Positions 9,490 through 19,226 of a stretch of 64,000 nucleotides of DNA are shown piece by piece. The notes below the pieces were generated by a model. That model saw nothing but the letters and a program-made list of their open reading frames with translations. It ran no database searches and was not told the origin of the DNA. Position numbers and translations under genes: made by a program. Source of the DNA: a bacterium (GTDB lineage: Bacteria > Bacteroidota > Bacteroidia > NS11-12g > UBA955). Position 1 is the stretch's first letter, and the number at the start of each line of letters is the position of its first letter. The stretch is taken from positions 9,336 through 73,335 of the forward strand of contig JAQSCZ010000094.1 in assembly GCA_029945665.1 (NCBI GenBank). Direction: 5' to 3'.

Positions 9490-10851
9490 CTACCCAAACA
9501 AATATTCAAAAGCTTCTTCTATTTTTCCGATGCTAATGATTTTCATTTTAGTCTTCATTTCATCTATACCTTTGTTGTATTTAGAAACCATAATTTCTTT
9601 GAAACCTAATTTCTCTGCTTCACTTACCCTTTGTTCTATACGCGATACTGCGCGCACCTCGCCACTCAATCCAACCTCTCCCGCAAAAGCAATCTCAGGA
9701 TTTACAGGCAAGTTTTCGTAGGATGATAAAATGGCCGCAATGATACCTAAATCCAACCCAGGATCTTCCATTTTCATACCACCTGCAATATTTACAAATA
9801 CATCTTTAGCACCCAATTGAAACCCACATCTTTTTTCCAACACCGCTAATAACATGCTCAATCTACGCAAGTCAAAACCATTGCTAGTTCTTTGTGGGGT
9901 GCCATATACCGCACTGCTTACCAATGCTTGTGTTTCTAATAAAATTGGCCGAATACCTTCTACCGCGCAACTAATCGTAATGCCGCTTAAGTTTTCTTCT
10001 CTTTCACTAATCAATATCTCAGATGGATTTTCAATTTCGCGCAATCCGCTACCACGCATTTCGTAAATACCAATTTCACTGGCCGAACCAAAACGGTTTT
10101 TCAAGGTTCTTAATATTCTGTAATTATAATGCCTATCACCCTCAAATTGCAAGACCGTATCCACCATGTGCTCCAATACTTTTGGACCCGCAATATTTCC
10201 ATCTTTATTAATATGGCCAATTAAAAAAACTGGTACATTAGTCGCTTTTGCAAATCGCAATAATTCAGCGGTACATTCTTTAATCTGACTGATACTACCT
10301 GGTGGCGAATCAATATTTTCTGATGACAAAGTTTGCACCGAATCGATGATTAAAATCTCAGGTTCATCGTGCTGTAAATAACTCAATAAATTACTCAATG
10401 AAGTTTCACACATCACATAGCAATTCTCATTACTTATACCAATGCGTTCAGCCCTCATTTTAAGTTGACTCTCGCTTTCTTCACCACTAATGTACAATAC
10501 TTTTTTCTGAACATTTAAAGCCAATTGCAACAGCAATGTTGATTTTCCTATACCAGGCTCACCTCCTATCAAGGTGATAGAACCTGTTACCAAGCCACTG
10601 CCCAGTACTCTGTTCAATTCATTATCAGGTAAAATCAAACGGGTTTCATGCCCTTCTATAATTTCATTTATCTTTTTTGGTTCTGCTTTATGTTGTGGAT
10701 TTTTGCCCCACAATTTTTTCTCAGTACCACTTTTATTTACAACTTCTTCGGTAAAACTATTCCAAGCCTCACATGATGGGCATTTCCCCAGCCATTTATT
10801 TGCGACATGACCACACTCTTTACAAAAAAATTTTACAATTGCCTTTGCCAT
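9490..10851 (-). CDS. radA: DNA repair protein RadA
   Basis: N-terminal zinc ribbon CKECGHVANKWLGKCPSC, Walker A GEPGIGKST, KNRFG motif (LKNRFG) and a Lon-like C-terminal domain. Confidence 0.95.
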   Translation of the reverse strand: MAKAIVKFFCKECGHVANKWLGKCPSCEAWNSFTEEVVNKSGTEKKLWGKNPQHKAEPKKINEIIEGHETRLILPDNELNRVLGSGLVTGSITLIGGEPGIGKSTLLLQLALNVQKKVLYISGEESESQLKMRAERIGISNENCYVMCETSLSNLLSYLQHDEPEILIIDSVQTLSSENIDSPPGSISQIKECTAELLRFAKATNVPVFLIGHINKDGNIAGPKVLEHMVDTVLQFEGDRHYNYRILRTLKNRFGSASEIGIYEMRGSGLREIENPSEILISEREENLSGITISCAVEGIRPILLETQALVSSAVYGTPQRTSNGFDLRRLSMLLAVLEKRCGFQLGAKDVFVNIAGGMKMEDPGLDLGIIAAILSSYENLPVNPEIAFAGEVGLSGEVRAVSRIEQRVSEAEKLGFKEIMVSKYNKGIDEMKTKMKIISIGKIEEAFEYLFG

Positions 10852-11032
10852 TTTTAATTATGCAAATGTGCAGTTTAAATCATAATAATTTTTCGAAGTT
10901 TACAATTCGTTTAAAAAGAATTTAAGATTAAGTGGAATATATTCAACTTCCAGTTTTATGTATTAAAAAAAAATGACCAACAATATAATTTACCTTTTTG
11001 TCGTTAACGGTATTTAATCTATATTTACCTAT

Positions 11033-12169
11033 ATGAAAAATTTACTAATCGCACTTGCTATCTGCTTTTCTAGCGCAATCCAAGCGCAAACTGTTATTGG
11101 ACCACCATTAGAAAACCCTGTACACAATACCATTCAGTTGGCTTTATTACTCGATGTAAGCAATAGCATGGATGGCCTTATCGACCAAGCAAAGGCTGAA
11201 TTATGGTCGATTGTTAACGAGGCTTCCAAAGCGTCTAAGAATGGACATGCCGCCCGACTAGAAATTGCCCTTTTTGAATATGGCCGTTCTACCCTTACCC
11301 TTCAAAGCGGCTATGTTAGAAAATTGGTAGATTATACCACCGACTTAGATACCATTTCAGAAGTATTATTTAGCTTAAAGACAGCTGGAGGTGATGAGTA
11401 TTGCGGCGAGGTGATTCAAAAAAGTTTAGCAGAATTAAAATGGCAAGATAATACTAACATGTACCGCGTTATTTTTATTGCTGGCAATGAACCATTTAAC
11501 CAAGGTAAATTAACCTACAATAGCGCATGTGCCAATGCATCCGAAAAACGCATTATCATTAACACCATCCATTGCGGCGATTCATTACAAGGTGTTAAAG
11601 AATTTTGGAAAGAAGGGGCTACAATTGGACAAGGCGAATATTTTTACATCAATCAAAATGCAACCAGTTTTATTCAAGTTGAAACACCTTATGACTCACT
11701 TATTCAACTATACAACGATAGTTTAAACACCACTTACATGGGCTACGGCAAAATGGGAACATACTATTGGAGCAATCAACTAAAACAAGATAAAAATGCA
11801 AAAACAATGAGCAAAGAAGTGGCCATTAAACGCGCTGAAACGAAATCGAAAAAATCAAGTTATTCGAATAAAAAATGGGATGTTGTAGATGCATCTACCG
11901 CTGATTCTACTTGGATTAAAAATACAAAAGATGAAGATTTACCCGAAGTAATGAAAGGCAAGACAATAGATGAGAAAAAAATAATTATTAAAGGCAATGA
12001 CACCCGAAGAATCTATTACTCTCAACAAATTGCCCTGTTGAATAAACAACGTCAAGCTTTTTTAGCAAATATAAAAAGAAACAAACCTGCTGAACGCACT
12101 TTGGGAACCGCTTTAATTAAGGCTATTAGAAGTCAAGCCATGGCTAAGGGTTTTGTATTTACCGACTAG
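11033..12169 (+). CDS. secreted von Willebrand factor type A (vWA) domain protein
   Basis: Signal peptide MKNLLIALAICFSSAIQAQ; MIDAS DxSxS in LLLDVSNSMDG; later TAGGDEY and IAGNEP blocks; Lys-rich C-terminal half. Confidence 0.8.
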   Translation: MKNLLIALAICFSSAIQAQTVIGPPLENPVHNTIQLALLLDVSNSMDGLIDQAKAELWSIVNEASKASKNGHAARLEIALFEYGRSTLTLQSGYVRKLVDYTTDLDTISEVLFSLKTAGGDEYCGEVIQKSLAELKWQDNTNMYRVIFIAGNEPFNQGKLTYNSACANASEKRIIINTIHCGDSLQGVKEFWKEGATIGQGEYFYINQNATSFIQVETPYDSLIQLYNDSLNTTYMGYGKMGTYYWSNQLKQDKNAKTMSKEVAIKRAETKSKKSSYSNKKWDVVDASTADSTWIKNTKDEDLPEVMKGKTIDEKKIIIKGNDTRRIYYSQQIALLNKQRQAFLANIKRNKPAERTLGTALIKAIRSQAMAKGFVFTD

Positions 12170-12173
12170 TTTC

Positions 12174-13034
12174 TTATCGAATACAAGCTCTTAAGCAGAG
12201 CAAACCCACCACCAATATCCTAAACAACATGACCACATTGCTATTGGCTCCAGCGCCAGGACTTAAATACGCTTTGTGATTATCTTTAATCAGTCTCTTA
12301 TTTTCCGGGTCACAATTCAACCACAATAAATTTTTGCTGATAGCCCTTACAAACGAAATATCCTTTTGCTGAATACGCACCGTGAAATTAATAACACTTA
12401 CTGAAATATTATTGCGACTTATAGAGAACTCCTCGGGCAATTCATTGAGAAACAAATAAAAATCGAGTCGTTTTAAAAATTTAACATGCTCATACTTGCC
12501 CTTCTTGTAAGTTTCATTGCTCACACTGTCAATTAAATCTTCAATATGATCTAAAGTTGAACCAACAATATCATACACATCTTCCACATTTTCCATACCC
12601 AAGTGATTAATGAACCTGATGATTTTGTGAGGTATTGTAAAATCAAGATTATTCAGGTGGTATTTCAAAGATGTTAATTCCGCTTCTAGTAAAATTGATT
12701 TTGCATGCGATGTTGTTGACGCATCGTCAAAAACAACCGATAGCACTTCAACAGGATTTGAGGCCTTTCTGGGATTTTCGCAGAAATTCAAAATATCTTT
12801 ATTTTTAAATAACTGCACATGCGTATCCAAATCCTCTAAATTTTTTAAGGTATCTATTTGATTAATAATTTCATCTTTGGTGTATTCTTGCTTATTAACT
12901 TTAATGGTTATCTGACGCGTTAAATTAAACTCAGCCAACAACTTTTTGCGCAAGCGTACCAATGCTTCTTGATCTAATAGTTTGACATCTACATCAAAAC
13001 TTTCGAGGATATGTAACGGTGATTGATAACTCAA
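12174..13034 (-). CDS. hypothetical tail-anchored protein (third gene of the Hsp70 operon)
   Basis: 286 aa. The N-terminal segment SPLHILESFDVDVKLLDQEALVRLRKKLLAEF resembles J-domain helices I-II, but there is no HPD anywhere. A single hydrophobic segment, VVMLFRILVVGLLCLRACIR, sits at the extreme C-terminus. The start is 14 nt after the Hsp70 stop. Confidence 0.6.
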   Translation of the reverse strand: MSYQSPLHILESFDVDVKLLDQEALVRLRKKLLAEFNLTRQITIKVNKQEYTKDEIINQIDTLKNLEDLDTHVQLFKNKDILNFCENPRKASNPVEVLSVVFDDASTTSHAKSILLEAELTSLKYHLNNLDFTIPHKIIRFINHLGMENVEDVYDIVGSTLDHIEDLIDSVSNETYKKGKYEHVKFLKRLDFYLFLNELPEEFSISRNNISVSVINFTVRIQQKDISFVRAISKNLLWLNCDPENKRLIKDNHKAYLSPGAGANSNVVMLFRILVVGLLCLRACIR

Positions 13035-13048
13035 TTTAATTATTTTTT

Positions 13049-15559
13049 TTATGACCCTAATCCAGTGCCTTTAATTTTTTCAATCTCAGTTTGTTCATCT
13101 TTAAGCTCAGCCCATATTTTTTTACAAATGGCCAAGAGTTCATTGTGATTGGTTTTTTCCATTGCCTTTTCGCCTTGGTCTAACAATTTTCTAGCTGCCT
13201 TCTCATTTGTAAATGCACTTGCAGGAAGACCCTGCAAATACACAAAATGATTGATTAACATAGATGGCACATTATATACCAATTTGCTATAAAACTTATC
13301 TAATTTCATGTAAAATCCATTCAAATTAAAATGATTCGTCGACTTCATGATTTCAGGATTGGTATCTAATAAAATTTTATATTCTTCTCGGATATTATCG
13401 GGAATATCATTGTGAAAATTCATCACTTGATCAATGTGCAACTTCATGTTTTGGATTTTTTCCTTCTTCTCATAAACAGGACTGTTGTTTAAGCCAACAT
13501 TGTAGTATTGAGTAGCTACTCTTCGTTTCTGCTCCTCTAATTGGTATTTGCGTTCATCCATATCTGCTTCTCTTAAAGTCGAAGCATCTTTTATTAAAGC
13601 ATTACAGACTTCTAAAATATCATTTAAAAAGGAAGCCTTTTCATAATCATCGCCTTCTAAAACTTTTTCAATTGAACGGTTAATTTCGTTGCGCAAAGTT
13701 CTAAGTTCCTCTCTCAATTTTGAAATACTGATGTACTTTTCCATTGGATTGAAAATATGATTGAAGCTTTGATTCGTAAAGGTTAAAACTGCATTCACAC
13801 TTATTTCTCTGCTCTCCGAAATTTCAAGCGTAATCTCTACATCAGAACCAAAAACTAAATCGCTTTCTAACATGCTTCCATTAATTTCAATTACGCCAAT
13901 TACCTTATTAGCACTTGGATGCACGGATTGGTTCCCTTCGAGTATATTGATAATTAAACTATCTGTTGAGCCTTTTTTAATGGTTCTCGACAATTCTTTG
14001 AACATCGTTTTCTTTAAAGGCAAGATGCTATTTCGCGCAAAAATAACCTCGCTAATCGTGGTGTTATTATTCATATCATCTACCTCTATGCAAATATCCT
14101 CTGGCAGGGTTTGTCCATACAAGGAAAACAGGCCTTGGGTAATTTCTATTTTCGCATTTGGAATGGCCAATTCAGTATTCAATTCATCATACAATTTAAT
14201 AGTAAAAATATTCACTGCATTGGCTTTTAACATCACAAACTCCCCAATTTTAATGGCTGCATTTTTTATCCCGGAATCATAGCCTCCATCAGCTCTTGCA
14301 ATTCTATAAGTACAATTGGATGGCAAGTTTTCAAATAATGCGGTAACATACTCCTCCATATCCTTGGTTGTTTTATTGTAAGCGACCTGCAATTGCACAT
14401 CGCTCTCTATGGCCGTTTCATTGGGCGTTTCGATTAACTTAGTAGGCAAAGTTTTAATTTTAGCCCCTGCGTAGTAGGCTGCTCCAACCGCTACTGCCGT
14501 CGATGGATCGGCCGAAAAATTAACAGGAATACCCGTGCTTTCCCCAATGCGTTTTCTCACGTATGGAATTATTGTGCTGCCCCCTATTAAAATAATATTT
14601 TTTATTTCATAGGGTGCAATGTTATTGCGATCAAATAATTTCTGTATGAAGGCTAAAGTGTAGTCAATTTTTGGTTCAATTAATTTCTCAAATTCCACAC
14701 GTGTTATTTCAAAATAAATATCCCTTGCAGCCTCTCCTTCTATTTCGAATGTAAATTCTATCTCAGCAGTGTCGTTAATACTAAGTTCCTTTTTTGCTTC
14801 TTCGGCTTTTAATAGCAGAATATAATAGAGCTTTTCATAAGGACCATTGCGCTGATTAATTAAACTATCGATATCACCCTTTCCTGTAATTTCCTTTAGG
14901 CGAGGCAATATAAGTTGGGTCACTATCATTTGATCTAAATCTACGCCACCCAAAAAATTATCACCTTCATGGTCAACCACGCGCATTTCATCATTATCGA
15001 TGGTGATTAAAGCAATATCAAAAGTACCTCCACCTAAATCGTACACAAGCCATTTACCAAGACTTCCAGCATCATTCATTTTCTCGTTAAAAAAGGCAAG
15101 TGAAGCCGCAATAGGTTCTTGTAACAATACAACTTCTTCGAATCCAGCTTCTCTACCAGCCTCTTTGGTGGCGTTGCATTGCACGGTATCAAAACTGGCC
15201 GGAATTGTTATAACAATGCTGCTAGGCTTTTGAACTTCGGGAATAAAATTTTTGAGTTCTTTTAATACCATTGCCGACAATCCTATTGGCGAATAGTAAG
15301 TCATTAAAGAGGGTATCAAATATTTTTCAGAGGTCCCCATTTTGCGTTTGAATGCAGAGAACACATTCAGCGGATCTTTCACAATATATTCTCTTGCTTT
15401 ATCGCCTACAATGATTCTTTCACCGCGAAAAGCCACACAACTTGGCAAGGTCTCTTTGTATCCAACAGGATTCTTAAAAACCTCTACTTTGCCTTTGCTA
15501 TATTTTGCAATTAATGAATTGGTAGTCCCCAAATCAATGCCGTAATCAATTGTTTCCAT
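13049..15559 (-). CDS. Hsp70-family ATPase, non-canonical long paralogue (836 aa)
   Basis: Actin-fold ATPase motifs GIDLGTTNS, VYDLGGGTFD and LIGGSTIIP. A beta-rich SBD-like middle region is followed by a helical C-terminal extension of roughly 230 aa. The canonical DVLLLDV-type linker was not seen. Confidence 0.9.
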   Translation of the reverse strand: METIDYGIDLGTTNSLIAKYSKGKVEVFKNPVGYKETLPSCVAFRGERIIVGDKAREYIVKDPLNVFSAFKRKMGTSEKYLIPSLMTYYSPIGLSAMVLKELKNFIPEVQKPSSIVITIPASFDTVQCNATKEAGREAGFEEVVLLQEPIAASLAFFNEKMNDAGSLGKWLVYDLGGGTFDIALITIDNDEMRVVDHEGDNFLGGVDLDQMIVTQLILPRLKEITGKGDIDSLINQRNGPYEKLYYILLLKAEEAKKELSINDTAEIEFTFEIEGEAARDIYFEITRVEFEKLIEPKIDYTLAFIQKLFDRNNIAPYEIKNIILIGGSTIIPYVRKRIGESTGIPVNFSADPSTAVAVGAAYYAGAKIKTLPTKLIETPNETAIESDVQLQVAYNKTTKDMEEYVTALFENLPSNCTYRIARADGGYDSGIKNAAIKIGEFVMLKANAVNIFTIKLYDELNTELAIPNAKIEITQGLFSLYGQTLPEDICIEVDDMNNNTTISEVIFARNSILPLKKTMFKELSRTIKKGSTDSLIINILEGNQSVHPSANKVIGVIEINGSMLESDLVFGSDVEITLEISESREISVNAVLTFTNQSFNHIFNPMEKYISISKLREELRTLRNEINRSIEKVLEGDDYEKASFLNDILEVCNALIKDASTLREADMDERKYQLEEQKRRVATQYYNVGLNNSPVYEKKEKIQNMKLHIDQVMNFHNDIPDNIREEYKILLDTNPEIMKSTNHFNLNGFYMKLDKFYSKLVYNVPSMLINHFVYLQGLPASAFTNEKAARKLLDQGEKAMEKTNHNELLAICKKIWAELKDEQTEIEKIKGTGLGS

Positions 15560-15560
15560 T

Positions 15561-15863
15561 TTATTTCTTTTTGGCCTCTACCATTACGATGCCTTGTTGA
15601 ACAATCACATTATTTTGATAAATAATTGGTTTTACTATTTGGGTAATGGTCATATCATGGCCCATTTCTCCCACAATATTGGCCATCACATCGGTGCGGG
15701 TATCGGTATATTTTTCGCCAATGGGCAATTGGTATACGAGGCCCATGCCTTCCCATACCGACTTTATTCTTTGTATAATTCTTTGAATACTTTCGTCTTT
15801 CTCCGCTCCCAACTTCAATTCAAGCAAAGCAAACTGGTTCATGATGGTGAGTGTTTCTTTCAT
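15561..15863 (-). CDS. GrpE-like nucleotide exchange factor, C-terminal domain only (100 aa)
   Basis: The pattern G-L-x-YQLPIGEKYTD...ITQIVKPIIYQNNVIVQQGIVMV matches the GrpE C-terminal beta-domain signature (G..fDP..H.A...V..GY...v.R.A.V.V). The long N-terminal helix is missing. The stop is 1 nt before the Hsp70 ATG. Confidence 0.55.
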   Translation of the reverse strand: MKETLTIMNQFALLELKLGAEKDESIQRIIQRIKSVWEGMGLVYQLPIGEKYTDTRTDVMANIVGEMGHDMTITQIVKPIIYQNNVIVQQGIVMVEAKKK

Positions 15864-15878
15864 GTATTTTTATCCTTT

Positions 15879-15886
15879 CAAACATA
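15879..15886 (-). promoter_or_regulatory. candidate -7 box TATGTTTG upstream of the GrpE-like/Hsp70 operon
   Basis: The reverse complement of CAAACATA matches TAnnTTTG and ends 15 nt before the ATG at 15863. No convincing -33 element was seen. Confidence 0.35.
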
Positions 15887-16029
15887 CAAATTGGTTTTAA
15901 AATAAAAAAGTATTAGCCTTATTAGATTTAAGTTTTTCAATAAAACAAAGATTCTAAATTACTTTTATCGGCTGTCATTGTTATAATTTACTTTAAAATG
16001 CTTTGTTTTGAAGTGGATTTCCCATTATT

Positions 16030-17196
16030 ATGAATGTAATTTTATTCGACGATCAACAAACGGAGCATTTAAGTCCTTTCACCTTAACGCGAGCAGCAGC
16101 AGATATGCGTTGTGGAATTTTAACCATTGCCGAAAAGTGGGCAAAACACTTAGGTCATGATATCAGCATTATGGCCCAAGAACATTTGGCAAAAAAATAT
16201 CCACACCAAATTGAAGCAGATAACCTTTTTATCAATGGCAGAGCATTGCCGCAGCAACATTTAATAGATGCCATTTATTTATTAAACATGGGTGAAGCTT
16301 TAATGCACAACAATATTTTATTGGCTTATCGAGGCGAATATTTTAGCCATCAATTTTTAAATACTTTTGAATACGCCGAAGCGGTAATCATTAGCCGAAT
16401 TCACCATCTTTTTACCTACAACCAACAAGAAATTGTGAATGACTTTTTACTCCTAACCAAAGGCAGAGAATCAGGCATTCTAAGTGCGAGCAATACGCAT
16501 TTTGGCGAATACCCCATTTTTCTAGAAAAGGGGGTTAAAGCCGAAGCGGCTATATTTAACACCACCGAAGGGCCCATATACTTGGGTATTGACAGCGAAG
16601 TAATGGAAGGCGCTATGATACGCGGACCTTTTGCTTTGTGCGAACATTCAACAGTCAAAATGGGTGCTAAAATTTATACTGGCACTACCGTAGGGCCGCA
16701 TAGCAAAGTGGGTGGAGAAATTAGCAACTCTGTTATTTTCGGTTATTCAAACAAAGGACATGATGGCTTCTTAGGCAATTCCGTTTTAGGTGAATGGTGT
16801 AATCTTGGCGCCGATACCAACAATAGCAATCTTAAAAACAATTACGAGGATGTTAAATTATGGAACTATGCGACTCAAAATTTTGAACGCACAGGCCTAC
16901 AATTTTGTGGCTTAATGATGGGCGACCACAGCAAATGCGGCATTAATACCATGTTCAATACTGGCACTGTAGTAGGTGTTTCAGCCAATATATTTGGTTC
17001 GGGATTTCCGCGAAATTTTGTCCCTTCATTTGCCTGGGGCGGTGCATCGGGCTTCGAAACTTATCAGCCGAAAAAAGCCTTTCAAACAGCCGAAAAAGTA
17101 ATGCAAAGAAGAGGACTTATCTTATCAGAAATTGATAAAGAAATTTTAGAAACTATATTTGCAAAAGAAAGTAATTACAGAACCTGGGAAAAATAA
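16030..17196 (+). CDS. GlmU-like putative sugar nucleotidyltransferase with left-handed beta-helix
   Basis: N-terminal MNVILFDD...LTRAAADMRCGILTI; hexapeptide-repeat region GAKIYTGTTVGPHSKVGGEISNSVIFGYSNKGHDGFLGNSVLGEW. Confidence 0.72.
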   Translation: MNVILFDDQQTEHLSPFTLTRAAADMRCGILTIAEKWAKHLGHDISIMAQEHLAKKYPHQIEADNLFINGRALPQQHLIDAIYLLNMGEALMHNNILLAYRGEYFSHQFLNTFEYAEAVIISRIHHLFTYNQQEIVNDFLLLTKGRESGILSASNTHFGEYPIFLEKGVKAEAAIFNTTEGPIYLGIDSEVMEGAMIRGPFALCEHSTVKMGAKIYTGTTVGPHSKVGGEISNSVIFGYSNKGHDGFLGNSVLGEWCNLGADTNNSNLKNNYEDVKLWNYATQNFERTGLQFCGLMMGDHSKCGINTMFNTGTVVGVSANIFGSGFPRNFVPSFAWGGASGFETYQPKKAFQTAEKVMQRRGLILSEIDKEILETIFAKESNYRTWEK

Positions 17197-17200
17197 ACTT

Positions 17201-17962
17201 ATGACAAATAGAAAAAAAATAGCCGCTGGCAATTGGAAAATGCACAAAACCTTCGCAGAAGGCCAAGGATTAGCTCAAGAAATTAGAACAATGAGCGAAA
17301 CAGAATTAATGAATGATGCCCAATTATTAATTTTTCCGCCATACATCCATTTACAAGGACTAGCCAAACAATTGGAAGGGTCTAAAATTGGAATTGGCGC
17401 GCAAAATATCAATCAATTTGAACAAGGTGCATACACTGGCGAAGTATCAGCTAGTATGCTAAAATCGATTGGGATTCATTATACTTTGGTGGGGCATAGC
17501 GAACGCAGACAATATTATAACGAAACCAATGAAAGTTGCGCTGCCAAAATTTCAATTGCGTTAAAGCATAACATCGTTCCTGTATATTGCATTGGTGAGA
17601 CATTGGCCGAACGCGAAGCCAACGAACATTTCAATATTGTAGAGACACAATTAGGGGCTTTGAAAGGATTGAGTACTGAAGATATTTCAAAATGCATATT
17701 GGCGTATGAACCAGTTTGGGCCATCGGCACTGGCGTTACTGCCTCTTCTGCCCAAGCGAATGAAATGCATGTGCACATTAGAAAAGTAATATCAGACTTA
17801 TTTAACGAAAATATTGCCCAAGGCATTTCCATTTTATATGGTGGCAGTGTAAAACCAGACAATGCAAAAGAACTATTTGCGCAATCTGATATAGATGGTG
17901 CCTTAATAGGCGGGGCAGCTTTGGCTTCAAGAGATTTTATAAACATCGCCAAATCATTTTAA
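17201..17962 (+). CDS. tpiA: triose-phosphate isomerase
   Basis: AAGNWKMH, GHSERR and AYEPVWAIGTG motifs. I moved the start to the internal ATG at 17201, because the track start at 17159 overlaps the upstream gene. Confidence 0.95.
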   Translation: MTNRKKIAAGNWKMHKTFAEGQGLAQEIRTMSETELMNDAQLLIFPPYIHLQGLAKQLEGSKIGIGAQNINQFEQGAYTGEVSASMLKSIGIHYTLVGHSERRQYYNETNESCAAKISIALKHNIVPVYCIGETLAEREANEHFNIVETQLGALKGLSTEDISKCILAYEPVWAIGTGVTASSAQANEMHVHIRKVISDLFNENIAQGISILYGGSVKPDNAKELFAQSDIDGALIGGAALASRDFINIAKSF

Positions 17963-17965
17963 GGT

Positions 17966-18604
17966 TTGCCAACTTTTCCTAGCATCAAAGAATTGCAGGG
18001 TTTCAAGGTTGTTTTTTTCGACCTCGACAATACCATTTACCCCTATGAACCTGCGCACAAAGCCGCTTTAAATTCGGCTTTAACAAAATTTGCATTCCAC
18101 TACGATTTAGATATGGACACGGCAAACAACTTATACCGCGAGGCACGTAAAATTATCAACCAACGTTTGCATGGACAAGCAGCCTCGCACAGTCGGTTAC
18201 TCTATTTCAAAGAAATGTTGACGGCGTTAAATCACAACACCCAATTTTCGGATGCCTTACAATTTGAAAAAATATATTGGCAAGAATTTTTGACTGAAAT
18301 GATTGTTTTTCCCGAAGCGTTAAAGCTCATTAAACAATTGAACAAACGCGGTATTGTGCTAGGTATTATTACCGACCTGACCGCACAAATTCAATTGCAA
18401 AAAATGAAAAAACTAAAGCTTGAAACTTATTTTTCTCACATCATAACTTCAGAAGAAATAGGTGTTGAAAAACCCCATTCAGCTATTTTCAGACATGCCC
18501 TTAATTTATTTGAGGTTGATGGCGATCAATGTGCCATGATTGGCGACAATATAAAGACTGACCAAGGCGCTGAAAATTTAGGGATGAAATTTTATTTGGT
18601 TTAA
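17966..18604 (+). CDS. HAD-superfamily hydrolase
   Basis: Motif I FFDLDNTIY and motif IV GDNIKTD; TTG start as given in the track. Confidence 0.78.
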   Translation: MPTFPSIKELQGFKVVFFDLDNTIYPYEPAHKAALNSALTKFAFHYDLDMDTANNLYREARKIINQRLHGQAASHSRLLYFKEMLTALNHNTQFSDALQFEKIYWQEFLTEMIVFPEALKLIKQLNKRGIVLGIITDLTAQIQLQKMKKLKLETYFSHIITSEEIGVEKPHSAIFRHALNLFEVDGDQCAMIGDNIKTDQGAENLGMKFYLV

Positions 18605-18617
18605 AATACAATAAATT

Positions 18618-19226
18618 ATGACTGCTAATAATGACGTTGCACATGATAAGTTAATCGCTTATTTTGAAAAACGCACCCCGCTTACAGAAAGCGACAAGCA
18701 GTTAATACGTAAATTATACACGATAAAAAAACTTAAGAAAAAGGAATTCTTATTCCGTCAAGGCGAATATTGCAAATATGAAGGCTTCGTTACTGCTGGG
18801 GCTTTCCGATTATTTTATACCGATGATAAAGGCTTAGAGCATGTTTTGTATTTTGCTTTTGAAAATTGGTGGGTAGGCGACATGGCTTCCTTTTATGAAC
18901 ACGAACCTTCTGCATTAAATGTACAAGCCTTGCAAGAAAGTGAGCTCTTAGTAATAGATGAGCAACACAAAGAACAATTATACGCACAAATACCTGCACT
19001 TGAAAAAGTTTTCCGAGTGATTACACAAAAGCATTTAACAGTTCTTCAAAAAAGATTTTTAGTGACCGTAAGTGCGAATGCGGAAGCGCGTTTTAACGAA
19101 TTGATTCAGCGTTGTCCAACCATAGAACAACTGGTGCCTCAGCATCAGATAGCCTCCTACTTGGGCATTTTACCCGAATCGCTCAGCCGCATGAAGAAGC
19201 AGATTGCGAAGAGAGAGATGGGGTGA
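18618..19226 (+). CDS. Crp/Fnr family transcriptional regulator
   Basis: cNMP-binding-like N-terminal domain and C-terminal HTH (QIASYLGILPESLSRMKKQI). Confidence 0.85.
   Translation: MTANNDVAHDKLIAYFEKRTPLTESDKQLIRKLYTIKKLKKKEFLFRQGEYCKYEGFVTAGAFRLFYTDDKGLEHVLYFAFENWWVGDMASFYEHEPSALNVQALQESELLVIDEQHKEQLYAQIPALEKVFRVITQKHLTVLQKRFLVTVSANAEARFNELIQRCPTIEQLVPQHQIASYLGILPESLSRMKKQIAKREMG

Noticed and set aside
13872-15545. Plus-strand ORFs inside the Hsp70 gene. Similar antisense ORFs lie inside secA, radA, ugd, coxI and other genes.
   Set aside because: These are shadow ORFs opposite well-supported genes, and none carries a recognisable motif.
13049-15559. Calling the 836-aa protein the housekeeping DnaK.
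   Set aside because: It is about 200 aa longer than DnaK and lacks the canonical linker and the C-terminal EEVD-like or lid organisation. It is also flanked by a truncated GrpE-like gene and a non-J partner rather than by grpE and dnaJ.
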